64,000 bases of DNA. Origin: an uncultured virus (IMG/VR IMGVR_UViG_3300025652_007805). Its lineage: Duplodnaviria; Heunggongvirae; Uroviricota; Caudoviricetes. Within the stretch, counting starts at the first letter, position 1; every line of letters begins with the position of its first letter. Positions 26,891 to 37,544 of this stretch are shown piece after piece. Below the pieces are notes generated by a model. The model was not told the DNA's origin. It saw only the letters and a list, made by a program, of their open reading frames with translations, and ran no database searches. A program made the translations under genes and the position numbers. Location: positions 1-64,000 of the IMG/VR virus record IMGVR_UViG_3300025652_007805; one strand, given 5' to 3'.

Positions 26891-27822
26891 TATTCGCAAT
26901 CCTCGATGTCTTCATCAGTAACTAATGTTTGATATATATTTACTTCGCCGTCTTGTATGTCTTCACATTTTATATCCAATCCTAAGTAAATATTTTTTTC
27001 TTTAAGTTTTGATATACCCTGGCATAAATCAGAATTAGGTATTTCTCTATCTCTTGATATATTGAAATAGTTTTCAACACTATTTTCGTCAACTATGAGA
27101 CCCATGACGGTTGATTCTGCGGAAAAAGGCGACTCTTCTTTTAAAATATCAATGTCTTTTTCTTGATTATCTAATGCAAAAATAAGTTTATCAAAAGTGA
27201 CTTCATCATAATCATATTTAAACACTTCTATTGAAAGAGAATCTTTATAAGAGAATCCATTTTTCTCCAATAGGTGCAATAATAATTGCTCTTTTTCTAA
27301 TTTTAAAAATGTATCGTCTTCTGCGACTTCTGAGGATTCATAATCCATACTAATATATGCATCTCTGCTTAAATGTGCCAAAGACATAGTGAAATTCAAC
27401 TCACACTCTACTTGAGGGACATTATAAAGGGGACTTGTTGAAGAAGAAATATAACTATTTGAAGAACTAAATTCTCCCAAAAGTGCGGTTGCTTCCCAAC
27501 CATTCGCTTTTTTAGAAGAAGGCTTATTGGTTCCAATAGGATATATTAAAATATTATCGTCTTCTGTTGTGTTTTGGTCGTAATATTTGCTTTCAACACC
27601 TGTTAAAGTTGTCTGTGGTTTTAGGCTTGGTGTATCAGTTAAAATTCTAACTTTTGTTTGTGTATTATTCTCGGAAAATCCACCGGCTTGAGTATCATAT
27701 AAAATGTCATCATCAAAAAAAGCATAATATTCAGGCTTGAGTTCACCCTTCATTAAAAGTTGTCTTCCGTGCGGAGTCAACTCAATCTTTATTACGTCTT
27801 CTTTTTTATTGAAAAATGTCAT
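26890..27822 (-). CDS. Hypothetical structural protein; N-terminus related to 21069..22010
   Basis: IELTPHGRQLL...YYAFFDDDILYD versus AVLTDHGRKVL...KFALGDEEINY. Confidence 0.6.
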   Translation of the reverse strand: MTFFNKKEDVIKIELTPHGRQLLMKGELKPEYYAFFDDDILYDTQAGGFSENNTQTKVRILTDTPSLKPQTTLTGVESKYYDQNTTEDDNILIYPIGTNKPSSKKANGWEATALLGEFSSSNSYISSSTSPLYNVPQVECELNFTMSLAHLSRDAYISMDYESSEVAEDDTFLKLEKEQLLLHLLEKNGFSYKDSLSIEVFKYDYDEVTFDKLIFALDNQEKDIDILKEESPFSAESTVMGLIVDENSVENYFNISRDREIPNSDLCQGISKLKEKNIYLGLDIKCEDIQDGEVNIYQTLVTDEDIEDCE

Positions 27823-27838
27823 TGTTTATTCCTCATTA

Positions 27839-30800
27839 TCAAGATCCACTCTTTATACAATCACTTAATTGCTGTCGATGCAAATCACTCATATTACTAC
27901 GACCAATAACATCCCTTAATGCTCTCAATTCACTACATAAGAGCCCCAATTGATCTGGTGAAATAGCAACTTGGCTGTAAGGGTCGCTTGGGTTTGCTGA
28001 AATACCAGCACTTCCGAGTGTCCCGGCACCTGTAGCACCAACGCCAATTGCTGTACCCGCAGGGGCACCAGTCGGACCAGTGGCTATCGCGGCGAGACCT
28101 GCTTTGCCGGGAACGCCAGCACTAACAGACGATTGTGCTTCTTCTGTTAGAGCCTCAGAAACAGGAACAGCGGCTTCTGCTATTTTACCCTGTGGTTTGA
28201 CTAATGTTTTGAGACCACCTGGTTCAAATTGTCCGATGGCAACTTCAGCATCAAGTTTTGCCAATTCCACAAGAGAAAAGAAATCATATGGCCAATTAAA
28301 AGTGTTTCTTGGAACTTCTTGAAGTTTATCGCCTTCTGTTCCTACTACAGATCTCCAATAATTGGTAGTTGCTCTTTGTTTTACCTTGAAAACCATCCAA
28401 CGAATTTTTGATGGTAACGGTGTTCCTTTATCGCTAGTATCCAATACTTTGCCACCAGGTTGTTGGAGGACCGTTGCTCCGCCGCCAAGAAGTTCTTGTG
28501 CTAACAATGGATGAGAAATTTCAGATCTGACTGCTTCAAATTTTGAAGTTATACTTGGATAAAGCCCTTGCCATATGTCTGCGAGGTCTTGTTTTGATAG
28601 TGTTTGTGAGAACTCAAATATATACATCGCGAAGGGCTCAATTGATTCCGTGGCTAAAAAGTCCATACTCGGTGGAAATACATAATCTCGCATTTTATTA
28701 ACCATATTTGTAACAGAATCACCTGTGCCGTTGTTGGATAAAATAGCATTTGTTATGTCTTTGCGAGGTATGTGGAAATATTTTCTAAGTCCCTCCGCTT
28801 CAATGAATGGAACCGCGACCACCGCTTCTTTAATAACTTTTTCATTGGCGACTTCTCCCATTCTCTTTGGTTTTGTTGAGAAGTCAAGTTGGTCTGCTAA
28901 TGACCGAATATTTCCAGTGTCTTTTTCAAGTATATTAGTTAACCAGTTTGAATCAATATCCTCAATCTGTAAAAAGACACCTTTTGCTTGGTCTTCTTCT
29001 ATTCTTCCATACTGATGCCACATTCCTCTTGGAACCGACTGGGAGGCGTTAAGAGGAAGTGTGACCGAAGTTTTTGAAGACAAGTGGGCAAAGTTTAACA
29101 TTGGGGACTCCCACTTACTTTGAATAACTAAGCGAGCAGTCTCTTCGTTAAGGTCTCCAGATTGATCTCTTTCAATAGAAAGAAGGTTAACGGAGGCACT
29201 CAATTGCAAAGCATTAGCATTATATGCGTAGTTTTGAGCATAAGCAGACTCTATCTTTTTCGGACTACCAGCAGGAATATCAAAAATATCTTCGCCTGTA
29301 TCTGTATTTGGATCAACATATCTATAATACGTTATGGAGGCAGATCTTTGAATATCTTTGGCGGTATAAATTCCGTCTTCTGTTGGCGTAAATTTAATAT
29401 CAGCCCAAGCTTGTCCGTGATAATAAGGAGGAGTAAAAGGGTAATTTTCCCCTTTACTGGATTTATTACCTATTTGAGTCTCGCTGGCGAAGACAACACT
29501 TCCACCTGTATATCCGACCCCTTGTGCTTCAATTAACGAAGGAGGACCAAATGCTGTTGGTCTTGAATACATTGTAAAATTCTCTGTAGAGTCAGCAGAA
29601 TATTGCGGGGCGGTAAAATATTTAGACCCAACACCACCAGAGACATTAGATATTTGAGCATCAGAAGTGGTTTTATACATCTTTACTCGCATCATATAAT
29701 CTTTGCCTGCTTCAAACTGTTTTAATTCATTTGACGGCTTAGAGAAAAATGTAGTATAATTCTTATTTTGTAAGAAAAAGTTTGATGTCTCTGATAAAAA
29801 ATTATGAGTCATCAAGGTGTATAGTCTGTCTCCAGCAACAGAATTTAATGTTGCTGAGGAAGAGTGGTTAGCAATAATATCTGGTTCGTTACAAAACAAT
29901 TCAACACCCTGTAAGGTCTCTGGTTTTATGATTGCTTCAAATGGTATTCGTTTATCAAATATTAGACCCTCTCCATTATTTATTGAGTATCTATTCTCGT
30001 TGCTAGCCAGAGAACCACTATAAGAACAATAGTAGTCGCTACCAGAAACAAATACTCTTTTGTTTGCTGATCCTGATTCTTTCAATGACCCATTGATTAA
30101 AGGATAGTCAACTGCCACACCAGATTTGATTGAATTATACATAATCCCTGGGGCAAATAAAGGTGCAAGAATGTTTTGGAAAGTAATTTTTGCTGGTCCA
30201 CCGGCAAAACCTCCTGTTCCTGATCCTGATGCTGCTAAAGAAGCACTATAAGAAGTAAAAAACTGCTGGGCTATTTGCACTGTTCTCTGTTGTGGGTAAA
30301 AACCCTCATAAGGAAGTAACTTTTTAATTGCTTTGCATTTTAAAGTTATTTTTAATGGCTCTCCCATACTTTCGTTGTCGTTTAGAACCATTTCAAAGTT
30401 TTTCATAAAATCAGAATTTGAATAAATTTGATAAAAATTGTCTTCGTTGGAGCCAGTTGTGCTTGATAGACCTCCGTTCAATTCAAAAATATTTAAATTT
30501 TCATCAATCGGAGACTTTGTTTCATAAAAAGAAACATGATTTGATATTCTAAATTCTGGTATGATTGTATGGTCTTTTCCAAGCTGTCTTGGTCCTTGTA
30601 TGAAATCTCCATAAGAATCATAAAATGGGTTTTTACCTGATTGTGATCCTGCTTCCCATTTTGCCTCTCCGGAAGGGACGGAATAATCTGCATCCAGATC
30701 GCTAAACAAAGATCCGCTATTGACGCCTTCAACTTCCATTCCATTTATATTGACTGCGGAAGAGAGTGGAGTGATTGTGTGTTTTCTATTATAAATTGGA

Positions 30801-31852
30801 GCAGGTCTTAAATAAAGATCTAAAAAGTTAAATGCCGTAGAAGAAGAAAGGGCTCCAGCACCATAGGAATATTGGTTTTGTAAAATACCATAATCTGTTT
30901 TACCTGGGTTTATTATATCGAGAACATTTTTGTCCCAACCATACCACTTAGACGCTCTTTCGTTTGTAGTGTCAATCGCTTGAGTGTTCCAATTTCTATA
31001 GGCATCCATAGTCCAAACACTTTGAGACACTTCTGCTCCAAAGCCATTATCAACTTGATCAATTGGGGTCCTGTTTGATCTATTATCTCGCCAAGGAAAT
31101 GTGAATGTTGTTCTTTGTCTCACATAATTCTTATATGTGTGAAGCTGTGGGGGATAAACTGTTTCTCCGTAAGTCATAATCTCAAAGATATCAAGAGGGC
31201 TTTTCCCTCCAAGCAGGGCTCCATTTAAATAAAGTTCTTTTGCATCTTCATACAAGTCTGGGGTTATATTGACTAAACCCAATTCTTCGTTTAATTGTGC
31301 ATTATTAAATTGAGAAATTGCATTTCCGAGTGGGGCTGCTATGCTTACTCTTTTTGTCCCTTTTTCTGTGATTGTAGAGCCATAAACAACAACAGGTTTA
31401 AACTTTGAAAGCACAGGAGTTTCAGAAAATTTTAAAATAGGACCATATTTTGCTTTCTGTGATCTTGTTTTGCTGTTTCTTGTAAAAGTAAATTCTGGTC
31501 CTGGTTCTTGGACAATTGTTAAGATATTTTCTTTGACTTGTCTACGAGTAAGTGGATTTTGACCAACTCTTATTTGTCTCCAGGTTGGAAAACCATATGG
31601 TCCATTTCTATGAAGCATAAGAGCGGGGAAGAATGATGCTGTTGTTGGTAAATGATGTGAAAAAATAAAATTTTTATAATTTGATAAAACAGCATTAGAT
31701 TCTAGTGTCTCTGGTATGCCGATTATATTTTGCTCTTTATCAATAGAAGCACCACTTGTGAGTGTTTCGGATAGATCTTCAACTATATCCCAACCCACGG
31801 GTTCATATATAAATGTATTTAATCCGACAAAATCTTGATAATATTTAGCCAT
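27839..31852 (-). CDS. Large virion structural protein
   Basis: 1337 aa in baseplate block; Ala/Gly low-complexity C-terminus. Confidence 0.6.
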   Translation of the reverse strand: MAKYYQDFVGLNTFIYEPVGWDIVEDLSETLTSGASIDKEQNIIGIPETLESNAVLSNYKNFIFSHHLPTTASFFPALMLHRNGPYGFPTWRQIRVGQNPLTRRQVKENILTIVQEPGPEFTFTRNSKTRSQKAKYGPILKFSETPVLSKFKPVVVYGSTITEKGTKRVSIAAPLGNAISQFNNAQLNEELGLVNITPDLYEDAKELYLNGALLGGKSPLDIFEIMTYGETVYPPQLHTYKNYVRQRTTFTFPWRDNRSNRTPIDQVDNGFGAEVSQSVWTMDAYRNWNTQAIDTTNERASKWYGWDKNVLDIINPGKTDYGILQNQYSYGAGALSSSTAFNFLDLYLRPAPIYNRKHTITPLSSAVNINGMEVEGVNSGSLFSDLDADYSVPSGEAKWEAGSQSGKNPFYDSYGDFIQGPRQLGKDHTIIPEFRISNHVSFYETKSPIDENLNIFELNGGLSSTTGSNEDNFYQIYSNSDFMKNFEMVLNDNESMGEPLKITLKCKAIKKLLPYEGFYPQQRTVQIAQQFFTSYSASLAASGSGTGGFAGGPAKITFQNILAPLFAPGIMYNSIKSGVAVDYPLINGSLKESGSANKRVFVSGSDYYCSYSGSLASNENRYSINNGEGLIFDKRIPFEAIIKPETLQGVELFCNEPDIIANHSSSATLNSVAGDRLYTLMTHNFLSETSNFFLQNKNYTTFFSKPSNELKQFEAGKDYMMRVKMYKTTSDAQISNVSGGVGSKYFTAPQYSADSTENFTMYSRPTAFGPPSLIEAQGVGYTGGSVVFASETQIGNKSSKGENYPFTPPYYHGQAWADIKFTPTEDGIYTAKDIQRSASITYYRYVDPNTDTGEDIFDIPAGSPKKIESAYAQNYAYNANALQLSASVNLLSIERDQSGDLNEETARLVIQSKWESPMLNFAHLSSKTSVTLPLNASQSVPRGMWHQYGRIEEDQAKGVFLQIEDIDSNWLTNILEKDTGNIRSLADQLDFSTKPKRMGEVANEKVIKEAVVAVPFIEAEGLRKYFHIPRKDITNAILSNNGTGDSVTNMVNKMRDYVFPPSMDFLATESIEPFAMYIFEFSQTLSKQDLADIWQGLYPSITSKFEAVRSEISHPLLAQELLGGGATVLQQPGGKVLDTSDKGTPLPSKIRWMVFKVKQRATTNYWRSVVGTEGDKLQEVPRNTFNWPYDFFSLVELAKLDAEVAIGQFEPGGLKTLVKPQGKIAEAAVPVSEALTEEAQSSVSAGVPGKAGLAAIATGPTGAPAGTAIGVGATGAGTLGSAGISANPSDPYSQVAISPDQLGLLCSELRALRDVIGRSNMSDLHRQQLSDCIKSGS

Positions 31853-31853
31853 T

Positions 31854-34800
31854 CTATTCTCCGAAAATCTCTGAAGCGGTTGGGAAGTTTATCGCTGGAA
31901 CAAAACCAGAATCCCCTCCTATAATTACTGACGAACTCAAAATTCCATCTCTTGGCGAATAACCATATATTCTTTGGTTTCCACTTGTAACTGAATAATT
32001 ATTACCTAATGAGGAAGTTACCCAACCATATTGGAAGTCAGATTGGGGTATTGGTGAGTTCACAAAAGCATTATCAAAATTATCCGTAAGGACCGGGGAT
32101 AACACCGTTGAGTTATCCGCTGGTATTTTTCTTCCGTTTCTTTGAATCTTATGAAAATTAGGAACAACGACATAACTTTCAGCAACAGGATTAGCGTGTT
32201 GCGAATCTGCTCCAAACTGACCGCAGTGTCTTCTTAAAAGTGTTTGTAAGCCTTCACGATAGTTGTTTTGACTGTTCATTCGGATTGTACCGGCTTCGCC
32301 ACTTCCAGAAGAACGAACAGTATAATTTCTATAATTTAAATTATTATATACTGAGTATTCTCTCGCATAAACATCAAGGTATCCGAGGGAATTTACTTCG
32401 ATACCGCCGGGTGCGGAAAATCGTGAAGTAATGATTGTGTTTGTAACCGACGATGTAATGACGGCATTAACTACATCTAAGGCACTTCTTGTATCTCCAC
32501 CTGTTGAGGAGCCACCATCGACAGCCACAAATGTTCTATAACTGTTTCCGGGGTCTGGGACAGGGGTATAGCCAGAAGCTTGAATTTCAAGCAAAGAATC
32601 GCCAGTGCTAGATGTGATTCCTATTGTCGCCTTACCAACAGAAGGAACATCGGCATAGATATTAAAAGAATAATTTGTATTAAAGTAAGAGTCTGCTTGA
32701 ATAGCACCGGTAACATTTGCAAAAAATTCAGCATTAGAGGAGCCAGTTAATATAGCATTTGAACCGGGAGTTACTCCCCCACCAAGTTCTATTTCAATTA
32801 TAACAGATGCTCCTGCAACATTTGCGATTCTCAATCGGTCTGCATCAACAACGGAAGAACTTGTTTCTATAATAAAAGATCCGCTGTGTAATACTTCTGT
32901 TGTTGGTACGACTACTAACGAACCTGTGTCTGGTTGCCTGTTATTTTGATAAACACCAAAAACATTCCCCGAAACAAATGGTGCTTGTCCAAATAAGGAC
33001 ATTGGGTGTGTTGTTTCTGGTAGGATTGAGCCAATTGAAGTCGGTAGATAAAGAGACTGTTCTGGGTTCTTGACCAAATATAGGTTGTTTTCGTGCTTTC
33101 CGAAGCTTTGAACAATTTCGTGATTTTCTTTGTAGTTTCCGTGAGTAAAGAAAGGACTTCCGCCAGTATTTGTTTTAATATTTTTAATATTAACTGGTCT
33201 TTTTGCTCTTTCTTCTCGATAGTATGTTGCACCTTTTCTTGCAGGGTCGGGATATGGGCTACCATAGTCTGCCCCTACGAACCCAAAAGCACCGTCAGAT
33301 CCAGTATATTCACTGAATAATATTTGCCATGCTTCTTCGCGTGTATATTCATCATGGAGACCATTTAGAGGAGCAAGTCCAGTTTCATCAGACAACCTAA
33401 GTGAATCATAATAATTCAAATCTACATGACGATGTTGATGACCGCCGACCCAATTTTGAGTAAATGAACCTTGCATTGGGATTTCATTTGTATAATCTGT
33501 CGTGTCGGAATGAATATTTGTTATAATCGACTCGCTGTGAAAATGTTCTGCCACAACCGCATTATACCCTGAATTAACCGAACCTGATATGATATTGACA
33601 GGCATTTTTTCTGATCCAAATGTGAAATAATAAGAATCATTTTCGCTGCTTGGTCCACTTGGGTGGACTAAATCATTTGTATATTTTCCAACATATCCTT
33701 CTACATTTGTTCTTTTTTTCAAATTAGGGCTTACTGGATCGTCACATTGTTTTGGATCAATGATACCTTTTCCAGTTCCTGAACCTACCAAAAAAGTATT
33801 TAAAGGAACACCAGAATCACTAATTGCACCGGCCCTATCAACAAGATTGTGGATGATGTTTCTATCTTTATTTGGTGGATAATTTATACCACCATGAATT
33901 ATATGTTTTAAAATCTTTTCCAACCTATAGGGCTTAGAAAGCGTCCTAAAAACATAAGCGGAGCCTTGATAAGTTGAACCGTTTGTTTGAAAAAAGTTAG
34001 GTAATTCAGAGTCACTGTGTTTATTGATAGATTTTCTTATTGTTTCGCGATCCGATAAATCTGTTCTTTCTTTTCTTTCTTTTTGCCATAAACAATTATT
34101 ATTATCTCCGCCTTCGATTGGAGCATGGCCTGTTTTCCAATTATAATTTAATTCTGCTTGACCTTTTGCCGAGCCTTCGGTTGAAGCATATCTTGTTGTA
34201 ATTGGAAACTTATTTTGATATTTGTTTCTTTCCAAAACATGACTATCGATAACGTTTGTCACACCGCCGGAGAAACGAGCACTTACAGGAAACAGGTCCT
34301 CTATAATACGAGAGATTGAAGTATCAATCCATTTAAAGTATTCCATATAACGGTCAAGGTCAGGTGTACCGCTCACTCTTTCAAAAAACAATCTTCTCAA
34401 GACACTTAAGTCTTTATATTCCATTCGATATTTGTCTACTGGTTTTCCAACAAGGTTACTGAATTCTGTTATAGAAGAGAACATATTTAAGATTTCTTCA
34501 GAAATTGATTGATACATGCTTTTCTCAAGAGCATAAAAATTATCAGATACATCTTCGTCTTTTACAAAAAATACTTCTTTATCACCCTTTACATTTACAT
34601 TATCCGATATAACAGAGATTTCTGGTAGCTCTTTCTTTTGAGAGAAAATAAATTCATTGGAAACAAAAGAAGTTTTGCTTGTTCCAAAATTAGCACCTCG
34701 TCCTCTATGTTCGCGACGAATAATATTGTCTATCCAACCATAAATTGTATCAGTTGATCCACTCGAAAAGTCTTCTACTATAAAATCACCACTAGAATTA

Positions 34801-37544
34801 GAACCAGTGACTGTATCGAAATTCCAATTTATTGCTAATAAATCAGCACTTGGAATAGATGCAGATAGTTGATATGCAAAAGCAGTAGGCGGCCTAATAT
34901 CTTCACCAGATCCGTAATTTGAAGGGTCGAGATTATGCTGCTGTATGATTGACTTATTTAGATAATCTTCATATAATCTAAAAGAGCCAATTTGTATATC
35001 TGATCTTTGATCTACCGCGCCAGTAAAGTTTGTTGTATGAGCACCAACATAAAATCTCTTTGTATTAGAAAGAAAACTAGATCCGCTAGCATAGTCTAAA
35101 CTAGCAGTCAATAAAAATTCGGATCTTACAACATCAAAATCATGATTTACGCCATAAAATTCTATCGTATATGTTGGGTTTGTTGTAGATATTATATTTC
35201 CAACCAATTCATATTTATCGGGCCTCACACTAACTGCAAGGTTCCACCTTTGATTGTCATAAATGTCAGATACCATGCTAGAAGTTAATTCTATTGTTCC
35301 AGATTGATTTTTTATAAGAAATTTAGCATTTTTAGATTCTCTTTCTTCGCGAACCAAGTATATTTGCAAGTTGGCTATTTCACTTGTAACCCAAGTATAA
35401 TCATCAACATCAGTGGGAATTGCTTCGTGAAAACCAAAGATTGATGAAGATAGAAATGTTGTTTGAAAATACCCACTTTTGTGCTCTGGTATCTTAAAAG
35501 GAACAATGATATCTGCTTCTGCTGTAAATGCAGAATATCTTTCTAATTTTTCAGTACCAGAGCCAGAGACAAACGTATTTGTGCTACTTACCGAAGAAGT
35601 CTGATATATGGTTGACGGGAAATAATTTGGATCATTAAAGTTTATATATTTTGTATTAAGAGAAGATCGTTTTGTTTTATCATTAAAATAGTGTGTACCA
35701 CCATCGGTATAAATATTTAACTTTATAAGCTCGTCGTCAACACCAAAACTACGAAGAAGGTTTCTTACTGATTTTTCGGTTCCCTTGGATTTATAAATGT
35801 GTTCTAAGTTGTTGTAAATGTTAGTATAAATGAGATTTTTAACTTCTGATATGTCTTTCTCATAAATAACTTGATTAGAATCTCTATCACCAAATCTTTC
35901 CAAAATTTTAGAATCTACAAAAAGATTATTAACAGTTATTCCTCTCTCTGTAAGCAGTCTATCTGCAAATGGGAGCGGCTTTTTATCGGATTCAATATAT
36001 TTCTTTTCTTTTAACTTTGGTATCTCTGTAATTTGTGCATGTAATGTGTCGAAATAGTTTGATATAATTTGAAACAAATATTTAACATTATTATTACTCG
36101 CTTCGTCTTCTTCCCGAATCCAGCTTGGAACACTATTGAATATCATGTTTCCATTTTCTTGATCCCAATCAGAACCAGAAGTTTGCATTTCAGAAAGAAT
36201 ACTAACAACATTAGGATGTGTGCTATAAATAATAGGGTCGGCGACCTCAGAGGAAACGAGACCTGATTCAGTAAATGCAGAATCGGTTGAGCGAGCACCA
36301 GAAGAATAACCAGTCCAAGAGCCATTTGCAATTCGACCAGAATAATCTAGTACAACAGAGTCTGTCGCTGAAGCTCCAACAACACCTTCATTAAATTTAT
36401 AATAAACACCAAGTTTTACATTTGCATCGTCTGTGTTGGTTCCTCCACCGATGCCGCGATACCAATTGTTGTGAATTTCTTCTGAGGTTCTCCGAGTTTT
36501 CCAAAAGCGGAAATCATCAAGAGAAGCAGAAAGTTTACCAGCGAACTTTAATTGATTTATTGTAAGAGCACCGACACTGGAGGAAGGAGAAGCCTGTAAA
36601 GCTCCAATATATCCGTTAACCAATCCTGAGAAGTCACCGAATCCTGTTGTTCCCAATGTTCTCTCGTCGTCTAAATTACCATTTTGATATAGCCGAGAAG
36701 TGATCCCAGAAGAGGCAGAAACAAGGCTTAGAGCATAATGTGACCAGTTTGCGAGCGATCCGGTAGTGATATTAGACGAGCCAATAAGTTGCTCAAAAAC
36801 TCCCGTAGAGCCCGATTGTAGGGTAATTCTAAATGGTTGATTTGAGCCTGCGCCAGCACCGGGCGAACTTGTAAGATTGAGAGTTAAGCGACCATAATCA
36901 GCCGATGAAGATAATTCTCCATTCCAAAGGTCAAGAATAACTTCTTTCTCTGTTTTTGCAATATCGAAGGCACTCTTTTTAAGCCAAAATTCAATCGTGA
37001 CTCCTTCGGAGCCGTTAATATCATAAGTGATAGTTCTATTTTTTGTAGAATCATAAACAACTGATTTATCAAATGTTTCTCGTAATGGCTTACCTTCCAT
37101 TCCAGCAGAAGCTGTGTGCATTCCACCGCGAGAATAAATATATTCGTAATCTGCTACGGCATTAGGGAGCCCATATCCATCGGTTATAGAAGCAGCGGTT
37201 CCCCACCCTCCATAAGAAAAATTAACATATCCCGTTGTCTTTGGATATTTGTTATCAAAAACCCACTTATCAAGATATGACGAGGACAATTCAAACAATA
37301 TTTTTTCTTTCTCGGACCCATCATACGGATAATCTCCGTAAATCCTTTCTATTGTTTGAGTATAATATTCATAAGCAGAACCGTATTTAGCAAAGTTGGA
37401 AGCCGTTGCAAAATCAACACTTGGTTGAAAGGTTTCATTTTGAACAATTTTTGTGTTAATAAAATCAAATGATTCAACAGCGGAACTACCGGTTGTTGCA
37501 TTTTCAAAAGTTGCTGATTTGTTAAAAAGGTCTTTAATACTCAT
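31854..37544 (-). CDS. Large baseplate/tail protein with LamG (ConA-like) domains
   Basis: TIEFWLK, WSHYAL, LDDFRFWKTRRTSEEI, LGVYYKFNEG; also YKSKGTEKSVRNLLRSFGV baseplate-wedge-like motif. Confidence 0.7.
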   Translation of the reverse strand: MSIKDLFNKSATFENATTGSSAVESFDFINTKIVQNETFQPSVDFATASNFAKYGSAYEYYTQTIERIYGDYPYDGSEKEKILFELSSSYLDKWVFDNKYPKTTGYVNFSYGGWGTAASITDGYGLPNAVADYEYIYSRGGMHTASAGMEGKPLRETFDKSVVYDSTKNRTITYDINGSEGVTIEFWLKKSAFDIAKTEKEVILDLWNGELSSSADYGRLTLNLTSSPGAGAGSNQPFRITLQSGSTGVFEQLIGSSNITTGSLANWSHYALSLVSASSGITSRLYQNGNLDDERTLGTTGFGDFSGLVNGYIGALQASPSSSVGALTINQLKFAGKLSASLDDFRFWKTRRTSEEIHNNWYRGIGGGTNTDDANVKLGVYYKFNEGVVGASATDSVVLDYSGRIANGSWTGYSSGARSTDSAFTESGLVSSEVADPIIYSTHPNVVSILSEMQTSGSDWDQENGNMIFNSVPSWIREEDEASNNNVKYLFQIISNYFDTLHAQITEIPKLKEKKYIESDKKPLPFADRLLTERGITVNNLFVDSKILERFGDRDSNQVIYEKDISEVKNLIYTNIYNNLEHIYKSKGTEKSVRNLLRSFGVDDELIKLNIYTDGGTHYFNDKTKRSSLNTKYINFNDPNYFPSTIYQTSSVSSTNTFVSGSGTEKLERYSAFTAEADIIVPFKIPEHKSGYFQTTFLSSSIFGFHEAIPTDVDDYTWVTSEIANLQIYLVREERESKNAKFLIKNQSGTIELTSSMVSDIYDNQRWNLAVSVRPDKYELVGNIISTTNPTYTIEFYGVNHDFDVVRSEFLLTASLDYASGSSFLSNTKRFYVGAHTTNFTGAVDQRSDIQIGSFRLYEDYLNKSIIQQHNLDPSNYGSGEDIRPPTAFAYQLSASIPSADLLAINWNFDTVTGSNSSGDFIVEDFSSGSTDTIYGWIDNIIRREHRGRGANFGTSKTSFVSNEFIFSQKKELPEISVISDNVNVKGDKEVFFVKDEDVSDNFYALEKSMYQSISEEILNMFSSITEFSNLVGKPVDKYRMEYKDLSVLRRLFFERVSGTPDLDRYMEYFKWIDTSISRIIEDLFPVSARFSGGVTNVIDSHVLERNKYQNKFPITTRYASTEGSAKGQAELNYNWKTGHAPIEGGDNNNCLWQKERKERTDLSDRETIRKSINKHSDSELPNFFQTNGSTYQGSAYVFRTLSKPYRLEKILKHIIHGGINYPPNKDRNIIHNLVDRAGAISDSGVPLNTFLVGSGTGKGIIDPKQCDDPVSPNLKKRTNVEGYVGKYTNDLVHPSGPSSENDSYYFTFGSEKMPVNIISGSVNSGYNAVVAEHFHSESIITNIHSDTTDYTNEIPMQGSFTQNWVGGHQHRHVDLNYYDSLRLSDETGLAPLNGLHDEYTREEAWQILFSEYTGSDGAFGFVGADYGSPYPDPARKGATYYREERAKRPVNIKNIKTNTGGSPFFTHGNYKENHEIVQSFGKHENNLYLVKNPEQSLYLPTSIGSILPETTHPMSLFGQAPFVSGNVFGVYQNNRQPDTGSLVVVPTTEVLHSGSFIIETSSSVVDADRLRIANVAGASVIIEIELGGGVTPGSNAILTGSSNAEFFANVTGAIQADSYFNTNYSFNIYADVPSVGKATIGITSSTGDSLLEIQASGYTPVPDPGNSYRTFVAVDGGSSTGGDTRSALDVVNAVITSSVTNTIITSRFSAPGGIEVNSLGYLDVYAREYSVYNNLNYRNYTVRSSGSGEAGTIRMNSQNNYREGLQTLLRRHCGQFGADSQHANPVAESYVVVPNFHKIQRNGRKIPADNSTVLSPVLTDNFDNAFVNSPIPQSDFQYGWVTSSLGNNYSVTSGNQRIYGYSPRDGILSSSVIIGGDSGFVPAINFPTASEIFGE

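Noticed and set aside
27839..28200. Collagen-like repeat in the Ala/Gly-rich C-terminus
   Set aside because: No sustained G-X-Y periodicity; only low complexity
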